Sequence record: ON529855.1
Length of the DNA stretch: 64,000 nt
Direction: 5' to 3' (one strand)
Position 1 is the stretch's first letter. The number at the start of each line of letters is the position of its first letter. Positions 37,975-44,823 of this stretch are shown one piece after another. The translations under genes and the position numbers were made by a program. The notes under the pieces are model-generated. The model worked only from the letters and a program-made list of their open reading frames with translations. It was not told where the DNA came from and ran no database searches.

Positions 37975-38312
37975 AGTGGGGAACTTTCTGTTCCAAGGCC
38001 CGGCAAGCCGGGGTTCCCCATACCCGTGGTCGCCCTTAGGCGGCCAGGAGGACTCGTTCGCCAGCGGCGAAGTTGTCGTTGGAAGCTTCGACAGTTGTCA
38101 AAGTTGGATCGTGAGCGGCCGAAACCGCCATGCAGACCCTAGCACTCGCCATTCAATCCCGTCACCAACGTCAATCGATACTGTTCGGCCCCTCAAACCG
38201 CGCCCGTCTCCCATCATAGGAGGGGGATTGGTGGAGCCGACGGGATTCGCACCCGTGTCTTGCCCGTCTGTTTCGTTCTCTCTGCTTCGGACCGAAGTCC
38301 TCCGCGCGACGA
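37975..38312 (-). ncRNA. ssrA: tmRNA, circularly permuted two-piece form
   Basis: Acceptor piece ends CGGCTCC-A-CCA at 38229; 36-nt spacer; coding piece starts GGGGCCG at 38192 (G3:U70); tag frame ...SNDNFAAGERVLLAA-stop (38036-38083); outer ends approximate. Confidence 0.9.
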
Positions 38313-38318
38313 AATGCC

Positions 38319-38347
38319 TGTATACAGAGTCCGTTTTGGAGTGTCAA
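38319..38347 (-). promoter_or_regulatory. sigma70 promoter of tmRNA
   Basis: TTGACA-N17-TATACA immediately upstream of the acceptor piece. Confidence 0.75.
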
Positions 38348-38366
38348 GGATTACGTCAAAGATTTT

Positions 38367-38453
38367 TGGAGGGACGGGTGAGAATCGAACTCACGCCAGG
38401 CTTTCGCCAGGAGGATTTGCAGTCCCCCGCCTTACCACTCGGTCCACCGTCCC
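38367..38453 (-). tRNA. tRNA-Cys (GCA) with long variable arm
   Basis: GGGACGG/CCGTCCC acceptor, GGGGA-CTGCAAA-TCCTC, V-arm GGC-GAAA-GCC, T-loop TTCGATT, U73 and CCA. Confidence 0.9.
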
Positions 38454-38463
38454 CTGGCATCGA

Positions 38464-38598
38464 TCTGGAAAGGGGTACCCGCCCGTGCCCGCCGCAGGTC
38501 CCGTGGTCGGTCCCGGCGGCGTCAGGGTTTCACGGCCCCAGGTCGACCCGCTCCCGTGATAGAGGGCGATACGCTGCGGGCGGGCTCGCCTTTCCAGA
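38464..38598 (-). ncRNA. unidentified stem-loop RNA (about 135 nt)
   Basis: Terminal stems TCTGGAAAGG/CCTTTCCAGA and CCCGCCCG/CGGGCGGG; lies between promoter and tRNA-Cys. Confidence 0.5.
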
Positions 38599-38658
38599 CG
38601 AAAAGGACCGCCCTGTTGCACTCCCCGGAGGGATCGTGTGACGGCCCGTGACCCTCGT

Positions 38659-38687
38659 CTTATAGCGGAAGCGGTCGGGGCAGGCAA
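38659..38687 (-). promoter_or_regulatory. sigma70 promoter for RNA cluster
   Basis: TTGCCT-N17-TATAAG (GCTATAAG, Caulobacter-style -10). Confidence 0.65.
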
Positions 38688-38832
38688 GTTCGAAAACGCG
38701 CGGGTGTCAAAAATCTCGGCACTTCGTCAGGATTCTGCCGCTAAAATGTCGATTGAACTTTATGTTAAGTCGTGCTAAGGTCCTCATGCAGTCGTCAGCA
38801 ACAGACTGCGTCCTGCCAACGGAGACATACAG

Positions 38833-39570
38833 ATGCTGCACAGTGTTCATGGTACGGTTCCTAAGCTTAAACGATGGTGCGGCCCCTCCGCCATCTCCAT
38901 CATTACAGGCCAGCCCTATCACCACGCTTTGGCGTTGCTTAAGGACGTCAAGGCCGCCAGACGAACCTACCGCGTAACGAAGGCGCCGATTGTCAAGGGC
39001 GCGTCATCGCCTAGCGTGCGCGCCGTTCTGAAGAGCCTGGGTTATCTGACGACGCAGCGGGTGACGCCGGCAGGGATCACCGTCGCGGCCTGGCTGGCGG
39101 CGCGTCCTCCCGCCGACCAGTTCACCACCTTCCTGATCGTGGCGGCCAACCACTGGATGGTGGTGCGCGGCGACGAGGCCTGCTGCGGCATTCTCGGGAC
39201 GCCGACGCCGGTCGAGCGCATGAAGTTCCGACGCGGCGTCGTCACCGAATGCTGGGTCGTCACGCCGTCCTCGCAGGGCGTGGCCCCGATCGTGACCGAG
39301 GCGCGCAAGCCGTCCGCTCGGGCAGCGTCCTCCTGGGACCGCAGCGAGGCGCGCGACCGCCGCGCCTTCGTCAAGCTGGCGCGCCAGCACGCGTTCACCT
39401 ACGACATCGTCCGGGATTGCGACACGATCCGCTACATGGAGATCGCGCCCTGCGCCGTCTTCCCCAAGGGGCTGGACACCCTGCACCATGACTGGGCGGA
39501 AACCCTGGATCGGGTCCGGCATTGCCTCGATCACCCCGAGGACGCCGCCTCGGGCAGCTACGGCCGCTGA
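38833..39570 (+). CDS. hypothetical protein, papain/C39-like Cys-His pattern
   Basis: GGAGA RBS; WCGPSAISIITG and NHWMVV; own promoter-like site and terminator. Confidence 0.75.
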   Translation: MLHSVHGTVPKLKRWCGPSAISIITGQPYHHALALLKDVKAARRTYRVTKAPIVKGASSPSVRAVLKSLGYLTTQRVTPAGITVAAWLAARPPADQFTTFLIVAANHWMVVRGDEACCGILGTPTPVERMKFRRGVVTECWVVTPSSQGVAPIVTEARKPSARAASSWDRSEARDRRAFVKLARQHAFTYDIVRDCDTIRYMEIAPCAVFPKGLDTLHHDWAETLDRVRHCLDHPEDAASGSYGR

Positions 39571-39574
39571 ACGC

Positions 39575-39610
39575 AAGAGCCCCGACCGATCACTCGGTCG
39601 GGGCTTTTTC
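39575..39610 (+). terminator. intrinsic terminator
   Basis: AAGAGCCCCGACCGA-TCAC-TCGGTCGGGGCTTTTT. Confidence 0.85.
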
Positions 39611-40560
39611 TCGCGCCATCGTCTGTGTCTCGGCCGGCGCAGCGTCAGAAGGGTGTGTCGCGAGACCTCCGTCGCGGTCCCAGGGCACTGGGGCTCCCTG
39701 GAACAAACCTCACCTGAACGTGGCTTTCCTCCCCAAGGGGCTGAAGGTGGCGGGGTCCAGGCGACCCTGTGGGGCTCACACGGCAAGGCCTCTTCTCAAT
39801 GCCAGGCATAGAAGTAGGCAGAGAGCATAGGTTCTTCCTACCCTCGTCATTGTCGTGGTCCGTTTTCCGTCTATCACAGCCTCTGGCTGCCGTCACGCCT
39901 GGTTCCCATTTCTAGGACGGCGTTCCCCTCAGAAGACGGGTCCTGGTAGACCGCGTGTGGCTCTTCAGCGCCTGACGGAACTCGACGACGTGGTTGCCGG
40001 CCGTCTGAACTAGCGTCCCCAAGCGCCCCCATGGACATGCCGTAGGGGTGTGGCAGGGTCCGCCCCACGCTGTGTCAGGATATACGACAATGAAGAGGGG
40101 GAGGTCAATACCGCCTCTGGCGGCCGTCACGCCTAATCGTTCGTCTCGGGCGGCGTTCCCGTCAGGCCTGATTGTCCCCGGCCGAGGTTTGTTCGGGGGA
40201 GCGGTGCGGTCAATCACCCCGACTCACGTTCTCTCGTAACCCGACAGCACGGGCTTAAGCGCGCACGAGCGCTGTGATACAGTCACGCGGTGGTCGACCT
40301 ATGGTGAGGTCATCGAGCCCAGTCGCGCAATCCCACCCTGTATGACGGGATTCATGGCTATCGTCAAGGGGTAACGGGCGCTCTCTCCCGGTCACGCCTC
40401 GTCCTGATGTCTCAGCCGGCGTTCGCTTCAGACAGTACGGCAATCTCGGGGCCGTCCCACGCTCCCGCTGTCGTCGGGCCTGTTCCCAGAGGAAGGTCTA
40501 CTCCAGGGCAGTCTGCTCCAGAGGCCAGGTCAGGGCGAACCCTGTGTGCTGCGCCTAAGG
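39600..40560 (-). ncRNA. array of four homologous unidentified structured RNA units
   Basis: Conserved core CTGA-N3-(GAA)CGCCG-NN-YRAG-A-N8-11-GGCGYGA at 39611-39648, 39893-39932, 40127-40165 and 40392-40431; long closing stems; no credible ORF. Confidence 0.65.
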
Positions 40561-40607
40561 ACCTTCAGCAAGATTGAAGCCTACCAGAACAAACCGAAAC
40601 GGGCAAA

Positions 40608-40640
40608 GAAAAACGGCCCCGATCCGAAGATCGGGGCCGC
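40608..40640 (-). terminator. terminator downstream of Ro60
   Basis: GCGGCCCCGATC-TTCG-GATCGGGGCCG-TTTTTCTTT on minus strand. Confidence 0.8.
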
Positions 40641-40697
40641 ATCGTTCTTTACGCGACAGCGTAATTCCGCGAACGGATTACGAATACCCGTATTGGA

Positions 40698-42083
40698 TCA
40701 GCCGCCGACGAGGCCGTCGTCGAACTCCATCGCCTCGACCTCACGGATATAGCGCAGGACGCTCTCCGAGAAGCCGTCGATGTGGACCCATCCGTTGCCG
40801 TAGCCGATGCCATGCGCATAGCTGGCGACGTTGATCATATAGGCCTTGCCGGCCTTGGGCGCCGGCAGTCGCCCGCCGCCCATGCCGCTGCTCAGCGTTC
40901 CCGACGCCTGTTCGTCGGTGATGACGATCAGGCGGTCGCAGGCGAACTGACGGTTCACCACGTCCACGGCCTGGGCCAGGGCGGTGCCCTGGTGCGGCTG
41001 CGAACGGATCACCGCCTCGACGCCCGCCATGCCCTTGCGGGCCGGGACCTCGACCAGACCGTTGGAGAAGGTCACGACGCGCACGTCGCCCGGCAGGATC
41101 GCCGCCAGCGTCGCCGCCGCATCCATCCGGGTCAGGTCCGACTTTCCGGACAGTTTTTGCCGCATGGAGTAGGAGACGTCGACCATGACCACGGTCGAAC
41201 CCTTCAAGGGTTCGGCCTGATCAATCGTCGCCACGAGGGCGTCGTCCAGCGCCCGCTCGAACGAGGGCGCATAACGCGCCGCCGCCGTGAAGCGGAAGGG
41301 CAGGACGCGGTCCGCGCCCTTGCGCGCGCGGATCGCAGCATTGACCAGATCGCGGTCGACGCCGGCCTGATCCATGTTGCGCAGGTTGCGCAGCAGGGCG
41401 AGGTAGCCCAGCTTGCCGTCGGCCAGCAGACGCGTGAACGTCGCCTTCTTGTCGGCGCCGCCCGACAGGGCGACTTCCCAGGTGTCGGGCGCCGTCAGTT
41501 CATTGTCGACCAGCTTCTTGTAGAGGGCCTCGCGGTCGTCGTTCGCCGGCTTGGCGTGCGCCAGGAACAGAACGTCGCGCAGGCGCACGGACTTGGCCCG
41601 GTCGTACTTGGCGATCTGATAGGCGTCGAAGTTGCCGAAGGCCAGCGACAGCCCCTTCTTCACCTGAGCGGACAGCGGCGCCTTCTTGCCGTCGGCGCGC
41701 ACCGGGTTGAGCGCCCAGTAGAGGGCCAGGAACTCGCTCAGTTCATCGGCGCGTTGGATGACGCGGGCGATGGTCAGCGACACCAGGGCCGAGCCGGACC
41801 CGCGTTGGGCCAGAACGACGAGCAGCAGAAGGGGGACGTGACGCAGCTTGGCGTCCTCACGCGCTTCAATCGCGATCTGGGCGAGGGTCTCGACCGGAAC
41901 TTCCTTGGCGAGGCTCTGGATACGGTCGGCGATCGACACGCCGCTCTCGTAGAAATTGTCTTCCCACAGCAGGCAGGACATGACCGACCGGCGCAGGGCC
42001 TGGGTCTTGGTCATCCGATCGGCCGGTGCGCCTTCATGGGTGCGCGCGGTGGTCGTCTTGGGCTTTGCGTTGATCGACGCCAT
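40698..42083 (-). CDS. rsr: Ro60 / TROVE-vWA RNA-binding protein
   Basis: TROVE motifs (CLLWEDNFYE, R...KLRHVP, YQIAKY, TWE..LS, ALLRNLRN, VLPFRF) and vWA MIDAS VDVSYSM...VITDEQ; GAGGAG RBS before ATG 42083. Confidence 0.95.
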   Translation of the reverse strand: MASINAKPKTTTARTHEGAPADRMTKTQALRRSVMSCLLWEDNFYESGVSIADRIQSLAKEVPVETLAQIAIEAREDAKLRHVPLLLLVVLAQRGSGSALVSLTIARVIQRADELSEFLALYWALNPVRADGKKAPLSAQVKKGLSLAFGNFDAYQIAKYDRAKSVRLRDVLFLAHAKPANDDREALYKKLVDNELTAPDTWEVALSGGADKKATFTRLLADGKLGYLALLRNLRNMDQAGVDRDLVNAAIRARKGADRVLPFRFTAAARYAPSFERALDDALVATIDQAEPLKGSTVVMVDVSYSMRQKLSGKSDLTRMDAAATLAAILPGDVRVVTFSNGLVEVPARKGMAGVEAVIRSQPHQGTALAQAVDVVNRQFACDRLIVITDEQASGTLSSGMGGGRLPAPKAGKAYMINVASYAHGIGYGNGWVHIDGFSESVLRYIREVEAMEFDDGLVGG

Positions 42084-42111
42084 AATGGGTCCCCTCCTCG
42101 TCTGGTCAAGC

Positions 42112-42279
42112 GACCAAGAGGTCGGGGAGGAACAAGCACGAGCCCGGTTCATCCGGTGCGTCTACCACTTCCGCCACCTGCACCAGAGATGCAGGCCAGG
42201 ACTTGAACCTGGATACCCTTGACGGGCGCCGGCTCCAGCGAAGTATAGGCTCGTTACGCCATCCCCGACCTCGCGGTCA
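42112..42279 (-). ncRNA. Y RNA (YrlA-like) 1, tRNA-Leu-derived permuted module
   Basis: Long terminal stem; V-arm, T-arm CCAGG-TTCAAGT-CCTGG, capped acceptor CCTGCA/TGCAGG, Leu-like D-arm GCGGAAGTGGTAGACGC. Confidence 0.85.
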
Positions 42280-42285
42280 GTGAAC

Positions 42286-42428
42286 TCCGGCGCTCTGGTA
42301 GGAAGGCGGGGGAACATGCGCGACCGGATGCGGGATCGAACCGCGAGACCGGGGGTTTGAATCCCGGCTTATCAACCAGCGATGTAACCGACCGCTCTCA
42401 CCACCCGCCCACCAACCAGGGCGCCGGA
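42286..42428 (-). ncRNA. Y RNA-like 2, non-permuted tRNA-like module with TCA loop
   Basis: Terminal stem TCCGGCGC/GCGCCGGA; same TGGTG / TGTTCC motif; D-arm, GGG-ATTCAAA-CCC, T-arm in normal order. Confidence 0.7.
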
Positions 42429-42436
42429 AAAGCAGA

Positions 42437-42591
42437 AACATGAAGGCGGCGGGGGAATAAGCGACCCCACTCTTTTTTAGGCGTGCTACCGTTACACCAA
42501 ACGCCGCTAGGCGACGTTGCGGAATCGAACCGCTCATCCCGCTCCACATGCGATGAAAGTGACGTCTATCGCCACCCACCGCCTTCATGTT
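42437..42591 (-). ncRNA. Y RNA (YrlA-like) 3
   Basis: 13-bp terminal stem AACATGAAGGCGG/CCGCCTTCATGTT; T-arm GCGG-TTCGATT-CCGC, capped acceptor CGTCGC/GCGGCG, D-arm GTGT-AACGGTA-GCAC. Confidence 0.85.
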
Positions 42592-42599
42592 GTTGGCTC

Positions 42600-42774
42600 A
42601 GAAGCGTGTGGTGGATCGACAGGGGAACCGGCGGAAAGGCGCCGTTTGGACTATCGTTCTACCAACTGAACTACCGCCGCGCCCGAAGGTGCGCCGAGTG
42701 GGATTCGAACCCACGACCTACAGTTTGCGAAGAAGGCCTCTCCCTCACCACCTGTCGATCCGCCACACGCTTCT
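42600..42774 (-). ncRNA. Y RNA (YrlA-like) 4
   Basis: 24-bp terminal stem; ACTGT-AGGTC, T-arm GTGGG-TTCGAAT-CCCAC, capped acceptor, D-arm GTTC-AGTTGGTA-GAAC, ATAGT: a tRNA opened at the anticodon loop. Confidence 0.88.
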
Positions 42775-42780
42775 CAACCC

Positions 42781-42930
42781 TGTCCTAGACAGACCCGAGG
42801 ACCCAACCCCGGACGAGGAACCGAAGTTCCCCGGCGGGATCAGGATCGTCCGGGAATAGGCGGAACCGAGAGCGGGGCCAAGGCCCCCACGTACCAAAAA
42901 CGAAGAACTCGGTCCCTGTCGCCACGGACA
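42781..42930 (-). ncRNA. structured leader RNA upstream of the Y RNA array
   Basis: TGTCC/GGACA and GACAG/CTGTC outer stems; 9-bp GGGACCGAG/CTCGGTTCC and CCCGGACGA/TCGTCCGGG; UUCG hairpin. Confidence 0.5.
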
Positions 42931-42934
42931 ATGA

Positions 42935-42964
42935 CTGTGTGCCCGATCCCGGTTCAGGTGTCAA
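42935..42964 (-). promoter_or_regulatory. putative promoter of Y RNA-Ro60 operon
   Basis: TTGACA at 42959-42964 followed at 16-17 nt by a weak GCACACA -10. Confidence 0.45.
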
Positions 42965-42996
42965 CAACAACGGCAGAAAAAGTTGAGATTACCGGC

Positions 42997-43030
42997 AAAA
43001 AGAAAACCCCCGGCCGAAGCCAGGGGTTTC
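42997..43030 (-). terminator. terminator after repressor-like gene
   Basis: GGAAACCCCTGGC-TTCG-GCCGGGGTTTCTTTTT. Confidence 0.75.
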
Positions 43031-43062
43031 CACGACATCTGACGTCGGCGGGGGTTCCAGGG

Positions 43063-43842
43063 TCAGACGCCGATCTTGCCCACCACCTTGCCCAGCAGGG
43101 TGAGGCTCTTGGCCGGAACGTCGCGGTGGCTGCGACGGTCCTGATCGAAAATGCGGTAGGGGCCGTTGGCGCTGGGGCGGGTCAGGTGGTCGACGCGGAC
43201 CTCGCCGTCCAGGGCGTAGACAAAGGTGGCGCCGGTGGGGGTGGGGGTCGCCTCGCGTTGGACGAAGGCCATTTCGCCCGGTTGCAGGTTCTCGGCGAAA
43301 TCGTCGATTCGGATCAGGGCGAGGGATTCGGTCGGCACGTCGAACTGGGTTTGCAGCCAATCGGCGAACATGGGCCAGGCGCGGGCGGCGGTGAATCCCT
43401 TGCGGACGCCGAAGTATTCCACCTCTTGCAGGGTGACGAGGTCGTCGATCCCGTCGGCCAGCCACTGCGGCGCGGTTTGCAGCGCCTCGGCCAGAATGTC
43501 TTCCTTCTGGGTGCCGAACGCCAGCCATTCCGGCGAACATTGCAGCGCCTCGGCCAGGGTCACGATCTTGTCAATGTCCGGCAAGACGTCGCCGGTCTCA
43601 TACATGCAGTAGGCCGAGCGGGACAGCACCTTCCACTCGCCCTGGCGTTTGTTGAAGAACCTGATCTTGGCCGCCACTTCGGCCTGGGACATGTCCAGTT
43701 CCATGCGGCGCGACGTCATGCGCTCCTGCATGGTGGTGGGATTATCGATCATCCCCTTGAGCGAACCCTTGCGATGCATGGGTCCCTTCTCCTTGACAAC
43801 GGCAGACTTGGTCGTGCGGGTCGCTTCCAGCGTGCTCGGCAT
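43063..43842 (-). CDS. XRE-family HTH regulator with degenerate S24-like C-terminal domain (CI-like)
   Basis: MSQAEVA...SRSAYCMYETG..LPD...LAEALQCSPEWLAFG; C-terminal LLGKVVG. Confidence 0.85.
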   Translation of the reverse strand: MPSTLEATRTTKSAVVKEKGPMHRKGSLKGMIDNPTTMQERMTSRRMELDMSQAEVAAKIRFFNKRQGEWKVLSRSAYCMYETGDVLPDIDKIVTLAEALQCSPEWLAFGTQKEDILAEALQTAPQWLADGIDDLVTLQEVEYFGVRKGFTAARAWPMFADWLQTQFDVPTESLALIRIDDFAENLQPGEMAFVQREATPTPTGATFVYALDGEVRVDHLTRPSANGPYRIFDQDRRSHRDVPAKSLTLLGKVVGKIGV

Positions 43843-44178
43843 TTCGTATAGTCCTCTTCTCAGGCGACCGGTCTCCCGGCCTGCGGCGCCATGTCAACAG
43901 CGGTAACCGCGACTGACAGGAATGGTTGCAGAGGCTTGTAACGATTGTCTGGCAACGAATCAACGCCAGACAACGAAAAAACCCCGGCGACACGCAAAAT
44001 CAGCGCGGCCGCCGGGGCTTCAACCATCAGTATGAGGCGATCTTGTGACGAACTTGCGGACGTTAAATGCCCGCCCGAACACGGATATTGGTGTTTTTCC
44101 TGACGGAAGCCGCCAAACATCCTCACAGGGTTGGGGTGCGACAATCTGCCTCACCCTAATCCACGCAACTTTACGCGA

Positions 44179-44823
44179 TCAGGCTTGACCGGTGGAACCG
44201 AATCCGCCTGCGCCCCGCGCCGTGGGGCTCAAGGCCTCCACCTCCACCCAGCGCGCCTGGACGACCGGCGCCACCACGGCCTGGGCGATTCGATCGCCGC
44301 GTGCGATGTGGAACGTCTCCTCGCCGGCATTGAACAGGATGACCTTGATCTCGCCGCGATAGTCGGCGTCGATCGTGCCTGGCGCATTCAGGACGAAGAC
44401 GCCGTGTTTGGCCGCCAGGCCCGATCGCGACCGGACCTGGAGTTCATACCCGGCGGGGACGGCGACATTGAACCCCGTGGGCACCATGGCCCGCGCGCCC
44501 GGCTTGAGATAGATGCTGGAGTGCTCCATGATCGCCGCCCGCAGGTCCATGCCGGCGGCCTGGGCCGTCTCATAGGCCGGCATGGGCAGATCGACGCCAT
44601 AGGGCAGGGCGACGAACTCGATCGGCACGGCCTTGTCGAGCCCATGCAGGTAGAGCGCGGCGTCGTGCCAGGTCATCCGCGTGCCCGAGGGCAGGACGAC
44701 GACGTCCTGCTCGCCGTAACCGACGTGGATGTTGTCGAAGCCGGCGGCGACGAACTGCCGACGCAGGGCCTCGGCCGCCTCATGGCGACCGGACCGCACG
44801 TACTGGATCAGAACCTCGCTCAC
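44179..44823 (-). CDS. dut: dUTPase with N-terminal extension
   Basis: [42 protein letters not shown] motifs. Confidence 0.95.
   Translation of the reverse strand: MSEVLIQYVRSGRHEAAEALRRQFVAAGFDNIHVGYGEQDVVVLPSGTRMTWHDAALYLHGLDKAVPIEFVALPYGVDLPMPAYETAQAAGMDLRAAIMEHSSIYLKPGARAMVPTGFNVAVPAGYELQVRSRSGLAAKHGVFVLNAPGTIDADYRGEIKVILFNAGEETFHIARGDRIAQAVVAPVVQARWVEVEALSPTARGAGGFGSTGQA

Noticed and set aside
39600-39800. GGGGAGGAAAGCC resembling RNase P conserved region I
   Set aside because: Only about 120 nt follow before the terminator, P4 pairing is incomplete, and the segment instead aligns with the four-unit array.
39600-40560. Assignment of the non-coding kilobase to GOLLD or ROOL RNA
   Set aside because: I could not match remembered hallmarks, and the four-fold internal homology argues for repeated units; a covariance search is needed to exclude it formally.
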